DNA of 62,913 nucleotides, the filler included, from Octopus bimaculoides (Eukaryota), in NCBI RefSeq assembly GCF_001194135.2. It is 4 parts of 4 records of this genome, joined end to end, with 100 filler letters (N's around TTAATTAATTAA, not from the genome) between each part and the next. Parts side by side here need not be neighbours in the genome. Positions count along the whole stretch, not along the records: positions 1 to 23,991 come from NC_068990.1; 3 more parts are not named here. The stretch is one strand, 5' to 3'. Position 1 is the first letter of the stretch; the number at the start of each line of letters is the position of its first letter. Made by a program: the position numbers and the translations under genes. This document shows positions 1 through 14,105 of the stretch, in pieces. The notes under the pieces are model-generated. The model was not told the origin of the DNA and ran no database searches. It saw nothing but the letters and a program-made list of their open reading frames with translations.

Positions 1-70
1 TGTGTGTGTGTGTGTGTGTGTATGTGTGTCTGTACGTATGTGTGTGTGTATGCGTGTGTATGTGTGTGTG
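1..70. repeat. (TG)n microsatellite
   Basis: Interrupted TG dinucleotide run seen directly. Confidence 0.95.
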
Positions 71-80
71 TATGCATTTA

Positions 81-464
81 TTCTTTTACTTACATTAGTC
101 ATTTGATTGCGGCCATGCTGGAGCACCGCCTTTAGTCGAGCAAATCGACCCAAGGAGTTATTCTTTGGAAGCCGAGGACTTATTCCTTGGAAGACTAGGA
201 CTCATTCTATCAGACCCTTTTGCCGAACCGCTAAGTTACCGGGACGTAAACACATCAGCATCGGTGTCAAGTGATGTTGGGGGACAAACACAGACACACA
301 CGCACGCACGCACGCACACATACACACACACACATATATATATGTACATACGACGGGCTTCTTTCAGTTTCCGCCTACCAAATTCACTCACAAGGCTTTG
401 GTCGGCCCGAGGCTATAGTAGAATGACACATGCCCAAGGTGCCACGCAGTGGGACTGAACCCAG
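81..464 (-). mobile_element. tRNA-derived SINE family A, 5'-truncated within the head
   Basis: Colinear with copies at 8913 and 39682. Minus strand has box-B-like GGGTTCAGTCCC, then CCTTGGGCA (CORE-like), an internal (TA)/(TG) microsatellite and the shared 3' tail. Confidence 0.88.
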
Positions 465-1554
465 ATTATGTATGTATGTATATACGTATATACATACATA
501 CATAATCTGGGTTCAGTACCACTGCGTTGAAGGATTGGAGCATGCACAATCAATCCTTCAACTGCAGCTTCATATTTTGGACTGGCACATTCTTGCTTTA
601 CTTAGTTGCGACACTTTCAAGACTTGTANNNNNNNNNNATATATATATATATATATATATACGTATATACATACATACATAATCTGGGTTCAGTACCACT
701 GCGTTGAAGGATTGGAGCATGCACAATCAATCCTTCAACTGCAGCTTCATATTTTGGACTGGCACATTCTTGCTTTACTTAGTTGCGACACTTTCAAGAC
801 TTGTAGAACATCTAGAAATGATCAAGAAATAAAATGCTTGAACGAATCCGTTGGTATCTCAATGAATGATTGTTGCAGCCGAAAGTCGTGATAACAGAGA
901 AAAGTAGCTTAATATTTAGTAGCATAGTGTCACTAAACTTTCATTAATAGATAATATTATATGATATCATTCGTTCATCTTCTATTTGAAAGAACGTCCA
1001 CTCTATTCTTCTTTGTTAAAACTTATATGCCTTCTATCGTTAACTAATAATTCGCGGATTATATGATGACCTTATCACTCGGTGATTGTCATATTTAATG
1101 TAATTAAAATATTCCTAAGACATAGTCGTCAGTACGATAATTCTGAGCTTCTGATTTAGTTAATTCTAAGTAATATTTTTATGTTTTATTATGATTTCTA
1201 ATTGCTTTAAATCGCTGAAGCAGCCATACGGACACACCGATAATTTTATGGCGATTTTTCACTGATGTTGTTATTACCTTTATTTAAGTTACCTGTTATA
1301 TACTAATTAATCACGATTTTGCAATAACTTCTTTAGAGAAAACTGGTGAGAGACAAGTAGAAAATGATGGTTCAAGATATCTTTGAGAAGATTTGGAGGA
1401 TATTTTGTTAGAAATGTAAAGCGCTTTCTAAATTTCATTGCTCCATATGACGTTCAAAATTCATTAGATCGTAATTCATCAACGAGTAACTTACATTCTT
1501 CATTTAAGCGCAGTATTCCAGTATAACCTCGAGAACTTTCTGCAACTGCTTAAA

Positions 1555-1735
1555 TAATTTATTAGTATCGTCATTTAGCTCCAGCTAAACTTTGATCGAA
1601 CAGACTTTTGGAACAAATGTATTCCATCTACAACCACTACATGTCTATGGAAATATTAACTCCTGCTTTATTAATTTAAGACTATGGTATGTAATTCAAT
1701 GGAGATTAGGCTGGTATTTCTAGCAGATTGTGTAA
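1555..1735 (-). mobile_element. Interspersed repeat family D fragment (unclassified)
   Basis: Reverse complement shares GCTAGAAATA.CAGCC and GGT.ACAGCTGGA..CCTTTGATC-like blocks with 13925, 32200 and 58400. Confidence 0.5.
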
Positions 1736-2374
1736 ACGAATAATGCTTCACTGTTAACATAATAAGAATTTTGCGAAATCTATTTGCATCTAATAGGATT
1801 GGATTATTATGATATAACTTTGTGTGTGTATGTGTATGAGTGTGTATGTGTACGGGGGTGTGTGTATGTGTGATACTAAAACAGGATTGTCACGTTTTTG
1901 TACAGTGCTCTATTATATCATGTTTTACATATTCAATTTGTTTTTGCATTATTTAAATTGTGCAGAATATCTATCTATTTTTTATATCACGTATTTGGTA
2001 CGCTTTATATATTTCTAAAACTTATTCATGCTTTTAATACTACACATATCAAAGAAAACTCGCTTCCCATCAAAAAATACACATACAAAGAAAAACTATA
2101 CACTCAGATGCACTCGCAAACAAAATCACGCATTCACATCATGCATATATACATACATTCTTTACATATATCCATTGGATAAATCCATACTCTGATTTTA
2201 ACATAACACTTTGATGTTTGTCCAATTAGCAATTGTATACAATATCAATACATTTAATCAGAATTTTTTTGAAGTTTAATCTCCAACCTCATTTATTCAA
2301 AATGACTTTGTTGACTTTTTACACTACTCTCATAATCTTCTTTCTCATTTTGGAATCTGCTCCCAACTACTTCT

Positions 2375-2375
2375 C

Positions 2376-2434
<59 letters not shown>
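2375..2434. repeat. (CT)n microsatellite abutting an N gap
   Basis: Seen directly. Confidence 0.95.
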
Positions 2435-3133
2435 NNNNNNNNNNNNNNNNNNNNNNNNNNNNNNNNNNNNNNNNNNNNNNNNNNNNNNNNNNNNNNNNNN
2501 NNNNNNNNNNNNNNNNNNNNNNNNNNNNNNNNNNNNNNNNNNNNNNNNNNNNNNNNNNNNNNNNNNNNNNNNNNNNNNNNNNNNNNNNNNNNNNNNNNNN
2601 NNNNNNNNNNNNNNNNNNNNNNNNNNNNNNNNNNNNNNNNNNNNNNNNNNNNNNNNNNNNNNNNNNNNNNNNNNNNNNNNNNNNNNNNNNNNNNNNNNNN
2701 NNNNNNNNNNNNNNNNNNNNNNNNNNNNNNNNNNNNNNNNNNNNNNNNNNNNNNNNNNNNNNNNNNNNNNNNNNNNNNNNNNNNNNNNNNNNNNNNNNNN
2801 NNNNNNNNNNNNNNNNNNNNNNNNNNNNNNNNNNNNNNNNNNNNNNNNNNNNNNNNNNNNNNNNNNNNNNTATATATACATATATACATGCTTACATACA
2901 CACACATCCACACACGCACATATCTATATATATTATAGAATCGTGGGTTTAACAACTCTGTCTCTGATTGACTAGTGGTTTCATTGTAAATATTAGTGCC
3001 AAGTAAAATATTTATATAACCATCCTTATATACATACATACTTACGTAGTAACACTTATACATGTATGCTGCTTAGTACTTTGTCCAGCACACTGTCGAT
3101 TCTGCAAGCTCACTGCCTTGAATATAATTTAAT

Positions 3134-3340
3134 AATGGTTTCAAATTTTGGTACAAGTCCAGAAATGTCACAGTAGAGGTGACGTCGATTACATCGATCC
3201 CAGAGTTCCACTGGTACTTATTTTATGGATTCTGAGAGGATGGAAGGCAAAATCAATCTCAGCAGAATTTGGACTCAGAGCGTAAATACCGCTAAGCATT
3301 TTGCCCGGCATGCTAACGACTCTACCCGCTCGTTTCCTTC
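3134..3340 (-). mobile_element. tRNA-derived SINE family B
   Basis: Minus strand GTTAGCATGCCGGGCAAAATGCTTAGCGG...GAGTCCAAATTC...GCCTTCCATCC...AATAAGTACCAGT; matches many other B copies in the window. Confidence 0.8.
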
Positions 3341-4392
3341 AATCTAATTTAATATACAGTAGAATTGTAATAAATATATTTACTGAGAATTTGATTGCTA
3401 ACACAGAAGCCAATGTTTCACTCTTCAACGATATTTTCAAGTAGTTTTAAAAGCCTATACAATTTCAGTGATAAATGTAACGCAGGAAATTGCTTCAGTA
3501 ATGCTTCCAGTATTAATATATACATGCATATGTTTGTGTGTTTGTGTGTATGTAAATGTATGGCAATATTTTTATACATACATGCATGAGTACACACATA
3601 ACTCTGTATATGTATGTACACATATGTCTCATTAAGCAGACCTGGAGGAGAGAGGACATACTATTAATACGGTCGCGAACAGCGACGAAAGAACTTTGGC
3701 AATCCTAGCTTATTGATTAATTGATTGATCGGGCGATTAATTAACAATCGATTACTTAATTAGCTAAATTGATTAACTGATTAAACAATTAATAAATAAA
3801 AATATAGAAGTGAAATACAACCAGTGCGTGAGTTTATTATTGGCATAATGACCCTCGGGGATACTACAATATATACATACATATCATGTTAGCACGTTCA
3901 ATTATTATTATACTTCTTTTTACATTCTGTCTCTCTGCCTCCAAATGCAGCTCACTTTTGCTTCTTTACTCTTTCTAATATTCTCGTTAAATCACTTTCA
4001 CTTTTACTCTCCAGCGTCCATTATCTCTTTCTTTCCCTGTTTAACTTTTCTCTCTTTGTTTATTCAACACATTATGTAGCAACTTATCTATTAACAAGAA
4101 AATTATATTTGTTTCATCAATATATTCCTGTAGTCTAGCTGGTTGTCTGACATACACATATTCTGGAAAAAAAATACAAAAACATAGATAAAAAATATCG
4201 ATAAAAGGAAAATATTATGAAGGAATGTACAAAGAAACAACATACAAAAACAAACGATGTAAAATAAAGGGAGAGTCTGACCACACAGAAAGAGTGTGTT
4301 GTATCTCAGAATCTTGTTATTCCAGTTGAAGAAATATAATTATCTGATAATATCTAAGTTTCTTTTGAAGACTGAAAACGTTAAGAATGCAT

Positions 4393-4395
<3 letters not shown>

Positions 4396-4464
<69 letters not shown>

Positions 4465-4480
4465 GTAATAATAATAATAA
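4396..4480. repeat. (AAT)n microsatellite
   Basis: Seen directly; source of the poly-N and poly-I ORFs. Confidence 0.95.
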
Positions 4481-4627
4481 TACACACAGTAATATGTAAT
4501 TCCTTACACCTAAATACACAAGAAATCACACACGCATTATTATATTACACACGATTGGCCCAGATATGCAATACAAAATCTTACACATATTCAAACATTA
4601 ATACACAATTCTGTACTCTTTCTTAGT

Positions 4628-4661
4628 GTGTATGTATGTATGTATGTATGTATGTATGTAC

Positions 4662-4706
<45 letters not shown>

Positions 4707-4708
4707 CA
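4628..4708. repeat. (TATG)n(TATC)n compound microsatellite
   Basis: Seen directly. Confidence 0.95.
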
Positions 4709-4983
4709 TCTAGTTATTTACGTGAGTGTGTATGCTTTTGTTAATTTATTCGCGTGTGTAATAATTATGCTATTGTATAGTATTGATGTGCAAGTATTGT
4801 AATTGTAGGTTTACAGTAATCGTCCTATAAGACTGTGATGCTAGATCAACTAACGATTGAGTCATTCGAATTTCTTTTTCTTGTCAATGATTTATGCTCA
4901 GAAACAACTATACATTTACCAGCCACTAAGCAGGAAGGTACTTCGTTAACCAATTGCTTAGTAAATATTATTATTATTATTAT

Positions 4984-6217
4984 TTTATGTTTGACTTTTG
5001 CTTTGCATTTGTACAAGTTGGCTCCAAGTCTCACCCACAGACCTCAAGAGACAAAGAGTTAGAAGTTCATGTTGGTGTTATGCCTAGCGTGTCATATATT
5101 TGGTTTTGTACATAGTATTGTTCTAGAGAATGTTTAAGAAGCCATAAGAAAATTATGAGTTTGTTTTAAAATTTGAGATTACGTAGTCAGTATTTTGCGT
5201 AGGTTATGGGCAGTTCCCATGAGCACTATCATTTGAATTTCAGCCATCTTGGGATTTACTGGTATCTGAGCCAGGTAGCAATCAACCCCTTTTGCTATCA
5301 TTCCTAGAGCAACTATGACAACATGGATTGCCTTAGTCTTCAGGTTCCACATTTTGCTAATTTCTATTTCAAGATCTTTATACTTGCTCAGTTTTTGGTA
5401 GGTCTTGACAGATACGTTTATATCGATTGGGACAGTCATATCAATGAGGAGGCATGATTTTTGTCTGAAGTCTTTCAGTATGATGTCTGGCCTATTTGCA
5501 TCTATCTTTCTGTCAGTTTGAATGGTGAAGATCCAGAGGAGTGAGATGTAATCATTTTCAAGCACTGGGGGTGGTTTGTGTTCCTACCGGTTTTTAGCAT
5601 GGGGCAGGTCCAGACTTTTGCAAAGTACCTCGTGAATAGATTGTGCAGTTCTATCATCCCTGTTGAGACACTCTGTAGGCGCAAGCAGACTGCACATGGA
5701 GACAACATGATCGATGGTCTCATTTTGTTGTTGGCATATACGACATGTTGGGAAGCTACCGTTCTATAATATGTTGGCCTGGTAGTTTCTTGTAGGTAAG
5801 CATTGATCGTGAGCTGCTATGATAAACCCTTCTGTTTCTGATTTTAAGCTAGAAGCTATTAGCCATTGATGGGTAAGGGCTTTGTCAACATCGGTATTAT
5901 TAGTTCTCTTTGGGTATTTGCCATTGAGAGGTTTTCTCAGTAAGACTATCTAAGGCAGCAGTTTTAGCACGGGTTTTCATAAGCTTAGCTTTTTCCCTGC
6001 AAGTTTCTAGTACGTCAAATTCTGTAATTTGTATTTGGAATTCACTTAGATATTCCTTTACCTGATTTATTCCTGAATATGATGCTTTCTTGTTTTCATG
6101 TTTCGAGACAAGTTTTTGCATCCAGTTCTCAGGGTTTTTCAGACAGGTGTCTAGGCCAGTTGTGGCAATCTTCATTGTTAATGCTAGTTGTAAAAGTCCA
6201 CGGTCTCCCTCTTTTCT
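4984..6217 (-). mobile_element. 5'-truncated, decayed R4/Dong-clade non-LTR retrotransposon (end of RT, CCHC knuckle, restriction-like endonuclease, 3' UTR)
   Basis: Minus-strand translation across a frameshift and stops: KEGDRGLLQL (post-RT xEGGRGL motif), LKSETEGFIIAAHDQCLPTRNY, CRICQQQNETIDHVVSMC (CCHC), then WIFTIQTDRKIDANRPDIILKD..LIDMTVP..KLSKYKDL (PD-(D/E)xK RLE). Stop at 5179; about 195 nt of UTR ends in (TAA)6. Confidence 0.88.
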
Positions 6218-6323
6218 TCTTCTTCTTCTTCTTCTTCTTCTTCTTCTTCTTCTTCTTCTTCTTCTTCTTCTTCTTCTTCTTCTTCTTCTTCTTCTTCTTC
6301 TTCTTCTTCTTCTTCTTCTTCTT

Positions 6324-6405
<82 letters not shown>
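6216..6405. repeat. (CTT)46 followed by (ATT)~17
   Basis: Seen directly; abuts the 5' junction of the R4-like element. Confidence 0.97.
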
Positions 6406-6406
<1 letters not shown>

Positions 6407-8912
6407 TTTGTTTCTATATAATGAAACTGTCCTTTGAAAGTAACGAGGGTGCAGCCTCTACATTATTGCACACTCTTTTTCTAAGAAATAGTAAGTAAAT
6501 CTCCTTTGATCACACACTATTGTGTTAAATAACGAAGGCTATATTGAACAATATGATGGTTAATGTAAAAATTGTTAGGATGGTCCGAGCTGGAAATAAA
6601 TTATGGCACCATGTCTGTTGAACTTCACTTCAAGCAGCAACGTCATCTTTAAATGTAGAACAATTGTATAAAGCTTGGTGTACGGAATAATGTACACTAA
6701 AAATATCTGTAATTAATTGAGGTTTGTGTTTTAGTTTGAAAAAGAAATAAAATGATATCAGTAATTGTTTGCGACTCTGAAAGAAAAGGCTGGCAACTCA
6801 AGATTAGAGATAAGGGACTCGAACTTTCGTGTCGTAATGCAATTAATAATGTATGGAATAAATGCTAATTTGGAGGAACTCGTGCAATCATTATCATATG
6901 ACAGACTGACAACGCTGCTTCCAGTGATTCGACAATTCATATGTTGTCGTGGGTGGGGTCAGATTGTTTAGAATTTTTTATGGTTGTTCAAGCTATTCAT
7001 ATATCTTCAGTACGATTAAGTGCAATAGGGGCGCCTTCTGGATTAATTACTCACATCTAATCATTCTATAATTGTATCATTATTGCATAAGATGAGATGG
7101 ATGATATTACTTTTTTTTCCATTTTACTATTAACATTTTTAATTGGCATTTGTTAATTTTTAGTCTTTCAAAGATATCTTTTAAGGAAATGTCAGTCAAG
7201 AAACGGAAGTAGATTAATGAATTTGTTGTATTTGGTTTGTTTCATCAGTGTAAAAGATCCTAATAAATGATTCGCAATTTAGCAAAGAGAAATAGAAATT
7301 TGGAGCCGTCATTGTGAAAGAATATGTTGAAAGCAAGCATAGCAATAATTTTGTAACTCTATTTTAAGTTCACGAGAAGTTGTCATGATCAGAAAAGAAA
7401 AATTTTCATCATATGGTTTCACACTTTATAAAATAACCTCTTCTAAAACTTCCATCAAACATTCATATATAATTTCAAAAGAATCTTCATTCAATCAGAG
7501 AGAAAGCCTAATGACGTCCTTTGCCTTGGAAATAGCTAACATTTTTCTTGAGCGGATGCCATGAAAACGTTGAGGGTCTGGTGTTCCTGTACAATAACAT
7601 GGAGTGCTAGAAAATTAACGACATTATGCAGGCATGCAACTCCCGTTGAGAGAGAAAATGAAGACAGTCTTCAAAAATCAGTATGTAACACGATGAATTA
7701 ACTAAGAGTGAATTACTCATATCTGTACGCTGAAGATTTTGTGGCCTATTCGTTCTTTGGAAATCAAGAGTTATCATTAGATCTTATTGGGTTTATTTGC
7801 ACGGATGGAGTCTGTTATAATTGTCAACATATTTGCATTTGATGCTCCAGTCAAGAACATGCGATTTCCATATACGGTATTCTCCATTTTCATATACGGT
7901 ATTCGGTATTCTACATCACCAGTCACAAAGTACTGCCGAAAAACTTAGTAAAGCAAATGAGAATAGCTGTGCTAATAGTCATCTTTATTCAACGAGATGT
8001 ACTGAATTATCGGTTAACACCAAAATATTGCATTGAGATTGGAGCAAACATTTGTGCTTTAACGTACCAGATGGTGTGGCTGAGACGTGACCCAATTTTC
8101 GCGCCGCTTATGTATTGGAAAATTGGATTAAAATTCTCGAATTTTTCAAGCATCAATTATATCTTCTCACTAACAATTTTGAAAGACATTTAGTTGTTAG
8201 CATGGAATATTTTGGCCAATATTTTCCGTCTAATCAAAGATTTGAAGAAATTGATTCCGGGAAAATATATTTCAAATCAGAGTAAATGTAATAGCATTTA
8301 CAAAGAAATTAACGATTTCGGGGCGTTTTGTCCAAAGCGGAAATCTGGCGAACTTTCCACTATTTGACGTTATCCTTAGTGAGGAAGTCAAATAATGTTT
8401 TGTAGAATTCAAAGTTTTGAGAGTTACTGATCAATTATTGCTGATCTCAACTTGGAATTCCTCTCGATTTTTACTACGAAAAAGCGCATGACTTCATTGA
8501 GTTCTAAGATTCAAGAAAGAACAATTGTTTCTCATACGTGTGAAACAGTTTCCCTCAATGGATATCAAAAGCAATTAGAGTTTTAGTTTCTCTGTCTCAA
8601 TGAACCTGAGATCATGTACAGAAGTGAACTAATCTGCTTAAAGTGTCAGACGGCATGTGTGACATGTCAGATGACATGCGAATAACCTTTTCTACGTTTC
8701 GATTGAACAAAACATTATTGATACCTTCTGTGATATAATGTGATATAGATATTAAAAATAGTTTAAGATTTAGTTCTTTTTATCCTTTTATGATAATATA
8801 ACTCAACTCTTAGAAGTAAATGTACTGATTCAAAATCTGAAACAAATGAATGTAAATTATGTTCTGAAGTATTTATGGGTAGCTCCATATTTGTTGTTTG
8901 ACATTTACATAC

Positions 8913-9322
8913 TCTCTTTACTCTTTTACTTGTTTCAGTCATTTGACTGCGGCCATGCTGGAGCACCGCCTTTTAGTCGAGCAAGTCAACCCCAGGACTT
9001 ATTCTTTGGATGCCTAGTACTTATTCTATCGGTCTCTTTTGCCGAACCGCTAAATTACGGGGACGTGAACACACCACCATCGGTTGGCAAGCGATATTGG
9101 GGGGACAAACACAAACACACAAACATATACGCACACATACACATACATATATACATTTATACGACAGGCTTCTTTCAGTTTCCGTCTACCAAATCCACTC
9201 ACAAGGCTTTGGTCGGCCCGAGGCTATAGTAGAAGACACTTGCCCAAAGTGCCACACAGTGGGAATGAACCCGGAACCATGTGGTTAGTAAGCAAGCTAC
9301 TTACCACACAGCCACTCCTGCT
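8913..9322 (-). mobile_element. SINE family A, full length
   Basis: Minus strand head GGAGTGGCTGTGTGGTAAG (box A) ... GGGTTCATTCCC (box B), CORE-like CTTTGGGCAAGTGTCTT, internal microsatellite and tail ending GAAACAAGTAAAAGAG. Confidence 0.92.
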
Positions 9323-11965
9323 CCATATAAACCATTGCGACAAAATCCCCATAGTTTTCTGCCCTGCTCTGATCCTGATTAAACATATGTAAAGTGAAAA
9401 TGAGCTATTCACCTATTTTAAAATCTGATAATTTGGGAAAAAGAACTAGTACTTAGTCATACTGGCTTCTATTGCGACTTGTGAAAATGATTATTTCGAC
9501 AATCTCAGAAAGGGTGTATGACAACATATTGAGTAATCATTTCGGACGCTTGAAATATAAAAAAGTTTTAGAATCCCTACTTTATTCCGTTGCTTGACGA
9601 CAAGACGTTTTATGATATGACTCTGGCTATAATGCTCTTGATAAGAGTCCTGCTTAGTCAGAATTCATATAAGGTTAAGCAACAACAACGTTGCCTTTTG
9701 TGCAGCTTAAAATTCATTTCTTGTAAACTCCCTATGTAAGTGAAATAGATACTTAGTTCATGTCTTTGTCCCTCATGCAGATCACATTCTTTCACAATTC
9801 GTTATAACAAAAATCAGCGGATTTTTAAGTATCCCATGACTTAGACTGTAGTAACATAACATTCACTCTGATTAAAAAACAAGTTTTTATGGCCTCATGA
9901 AACAATTTTATTTCGTTGTCATAACTACACAAATTGTAATAATTGATTGTTGCTTGTGTAATTGAACCCGAACCATCTCTGATCAAGGTAACCTATGATT
10001 AAAGACATTGCTCCCATAAACAACTCCCTTTTTGGGTAGAGTGCACCAAAGACAACATTATCTAGCATGGCCTGCTCTTTTAAGACAGTAGAATGTGTCT
10101 TCAGGGTGACGTAGTCGCTGCTTCTAGCAGGTCGAGTGACTGTGTACATGCTCCCTTGTTGGTCCGTTGAATTTTATGACTGGTTGACTTTTATGGGAGC
10201 CTAATCTAATCTGAAGCATTATGGAAATTTTAATTCACGATTTTCTTTGATTCCATTTTTTAAAACTTTTTTGTTTAGCATAAAATTTCAAATTGCTGAA
10301 AAGGGAGATGCAATTTTCGTTGAACCAAAATTGAATGTGTATCAATCAAAAGAATGTTAAATGAAATACTGAAACTCAAACCATTTTCAAAACTCAATAA
10401 GCAACTGGAATTCGTTTTCGAACAATTATGAAAATCAGTATTGTTCAGTATTTCTATTTAAAAAGCTAACTGTATAGAGGAAAAGTAGAGGACACTCAGA
10501 AAATGTAGAATAATAAATGGAATAAGTATTTTATTTGACATGCTAAATATCCTACATGTACTCTTATATAATATCCTATATGTAATCTAACGTAATCAGC
10601 CCATTTATTTTCATGTAGCTGAATTTCATCAACAGGCTTTTAAATCGTAGCGTAATTGAATATTCTTTGGCTGGTTTCAATTTTTTTTATTTTATTTTCA
10701 ATATTAATTCGTTTTTACATTTCAATTTCTGTATCTAGTCATTTATTTGAAATTCCTTAAATGTAGCTTCATAGAATCAGAGATTATATAAATATGGAAC
10801 TCATATTCTCACTAAAACAAATTTGAACAATGTTAATTCTTGCCTAGAAAAAGAAACTTAAACAAAAGTTTTAGAATATTCTAAACATTTCATACGCGGC
10901 TGTTGAATAAAAGAAATGAAGTTTATGCATCTTGCAGCAGATGTATTGTTTCGCTAGATTTACTTAAAATTATATTACATTTCGTTTGCAAATCATACAA
11001 CAAATGTTAAAAGTATTTATATGAAATAGGGCGAGAATTAAATCGTGTGAAATAAAATGCGTAAGTTTTCGAAATAGTGGGAGTGATGATGATAATGAAG
11101 TTCATGGATTATTAGCAGGAAAATTCTTTGAAAATCTTATTTCATATTTTTATTTTATTTATTTATTTATTTATTTAATGATTTTGTGTGTACCTTATTT
11201 AAAGGTAAATCATTTTTTCTTAAAGCTACACTAGAAAGGAACTGAACACAGTAATACAAACCAAAAAAAAAACTGCTGAACAACAATAGAGCAACTAGCG
11301 AACCAAAAACAAAACATTTGCAGCCAACATAGCAATCTCACCAGCTCTTTAAGAAATCCCAAAGCTATTAGGGGATCTTTTCTCCTTCTAGTCGATAAGA
11401 GCACCTCTCCAGTGAATGAGAGTTTCTTCAGCCCATGAAGAAATATCTCAAACTAGTAACTGTGTAGAGACACTGCAAACAACAAATAAATCGCTCAAGT
11501 CAATAAGGAGGGCTCTCCAAACATTAGTATTTCATTTCAGTAAATAATGAAGCTTCTATATTAATAAACGACCGGCAAGAAATGGAGGCGATATCTCGCT
11601 CAAATCACCCAATGCTTCACTGCACTTGACCTGTTTCATTTTGCCTACTGGAAGGGGACAGTGACCATGGCCTTTTACCAGTCCTCCGAATCGTGTGTGT
11701 TTGTTGCCTTTAAAGTTCTGCTCATCCATAAGAAAAACAAAACGCCTAAAGTGGAAGTTTTATGAACTTGGCGTTCCTGGAAAGCAGAACTAGGTGTAGG
11801 GATTGTTGCGGGAATAAGTGGAGTGAGGAGAGTAGACAATATAGTTGACAGGGGGATAGTAGAGCAGTGTGTCAGAAGCGCCTAAATGAAGGAGACACAA
11901 AACGTCGTCCATATTTGAAAATCAGAAGCCATTATAATAGAGGTAGAAAAAACAAAGAAAGAGAG

Positions 11966-11996
<31 letters not shown>

Positions 11997-13924
11997 AACA
12001 TACAAACAGATAAACAAACATCCAGACAGGCCGACATTCAGAGAGGCTGACAGGCTGATAGACTGAGAGGCAAACAGACAGAGATGGCAGTAGTCCGGGT
12101 TGCACGAAACATGAAAAAAGGAATCGTCCCCACTTGAATATGCTTTGACCATAGGTCAATGAGATTCAACGCTGAGATTCAATGAGATTCAACGCTGAAT
12201 TCCGGTTAAACAAAAATAACAACACTACCAACAACAACAACAACAACGACATCAAATTTTAAAATAACAGCAAGGTGGAAGCTTGTGAGAGGCCATCATT
12301 CTTTAAGAAAATATCTCATTCAATATATTCTTTTGCCGCAGAATTATATCACGAGTGTTTAAGGACTTAATATGAAATAATAAAGATGAAACCCTATTCA
12401 ATAGATAGATATGAGTTCGCGATATACTACGAAAATTCCATTAAGCAATCTAGGATGCAAATTCTCTTATCCAAAGAATTTTTAGAGAAATGAAATGGAG
12501 AAACCTTTCTATATCATTTTAACGATCCAGTTTGAATTGCTGCAATGATTCCGTTGCTGAGAGGATCTGCATATTAGTTATATAAATATAGAAAGAACAG
12601 CCAATTGAAAGGTAGGAAGAAGGCTATGCATTCAATAGTTATTGTCCCTCTGTATTTGAGGATTAATTGATAACTGTAATCAGCGCATTCCATAAAGAAA
12701 AATACTTAAATTGATGATGATGAGGATTTTGGGTGATGGTGAGGATGAAGCTAGTGATGGTGAGAGGAAGTGATTAGGAGGCGGAGGAAGATACTAATAA
12801 TTTTCGAATTCTAATCGAGCTTCTTTAAAAACGGCAAGGAAATATTAGATAATGTAATGAGACATACTGTCAAAATAACGGGACAGTCACGCCTAGAACG
12901 CCTTTGATCATAACTCTGCTAGATTAGTTCTAACCTAGACCGGAAGAATATCCATTAACAACAATAAGAGGCTAATGAGTGAGCTTCTATACCTTGCTCA
13001 GCATGCAAGATATAGTAACCAAATTTTCCTCATATCACTCAAGCTAGAACTAAGTTCTCAGAATACAAATTAAGGTGTCAGCATAACTAGAAAAATCAAA
13101 TGGCTCCACAGCATGTCTTCGCTTACGTTTTGGCGATAATAGTGTTCTTGTAATTGATGATGACGATGATGATGATGAATGTGAAGATGGCAATTATGAT
13201 GATGAGGTTTTTCCCTTGCACCTTTAAACACTAATTTTAATTAAGGCTAATGAATTTTCTTCTCATTACGCTTATAATTTCAATTAATTATAAACTTATA
13301 TCCAGCTCTTCATATTGTAGCCTGCACTTAACTATTCAATATATAGAAGGTACCATTGGGAAATTTTCAAATATCATTAATTTCAATTGCTTAATCAGTG
13401 AATCATATTCACACCACTATTTTAAACTGTTCAAGTTGTTGTCTGGTCAGGAGACTTTGTGTTGATTATGCTTCGCTGAAGAAGCACGTCCGATGTTGTC
13501 TCTCTAACTATCAAAGAACATACACACCATACATATCTCTATTTAATTTTTGATCAATTAAAATTTCGTGTGTACTCTCCCTTTCTCACTCTGAGAGTAA
13601 TTTTCTTTAACTCTAATATATTTTCATCTCATTACAGCTATAATTTCAGTTGATTAAAAATTATTTCCGATTCACCAAATTAACTACTGTAGTCAGTTAG
13701 TAACTATATTTCCTTCATGCAGACTATCCTCTTGGGAAATTTTCCAATGTCTCTATTAAAGTAAACCTATGATATAAAATGTTCATTCTGCTTTGCTTTT
13801 AAGTCAATCTAGTCTTTGAATTAACAGACTTCGCATGCATTCAACCATCAAAACATTACAGGAATTTTCCTCGTAACAGTAACTAATAGTTCTAACACTG
13901 CAAATTTGCCACAACAATTATCGA

Positions 13925-14105
13925 GAAATCTTTCACTATGTTGCTCAAACTGCTAGAAATAGCAACCAGTCTTTCTTAAAACATTCTAAAAAATTTTAAG
14001 TGAGAGCTACTTTGAATAATGTAGAGTGCTAAATATAGCCCAAGACTGCCTTTGTTCATTCATCTTTGATGAGTGTCCATTGCGAGCTAAACAATAACAG
14101 ATAGT
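13925..14105 (+). mobile_element. Interspersed repeat family D fragment
   Basis: TGCTCAAACTGCTAGAAATAGCAACC...CTAAACAATAACA; similar to 58400 and 32200. Confidence 0.45.

Noticed and set aside
165-458. ORFs such as ...RRASFSFRLPNSLTRLWSARGYS... recurring at 165, 9084, 39693 and 57137
   Set aside because: Translations of SINE family A antisense strands, not a gene family.
470-810. Exact ~160-bp direct duplication either side of a 10-N gap (inflates ORF 430-891)
   Set aside because: Identical copies flanking a minimal gap are typical of unmerged contig overlap; assembly artefact.
6560-8700. Complex unique stretch with faint transposase- or helicase-like words (TWSARK, MFLTGAS)
   Set aside because: No consistent frame, TIR or diagnostic motif; cannot be assigned without a profile search.
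11250-11900. Possible L1/Tx1-like C-terminal remnant on the minus strand
   Set aside because: Similarity rests on a few residues across frameshifts; unsupported.
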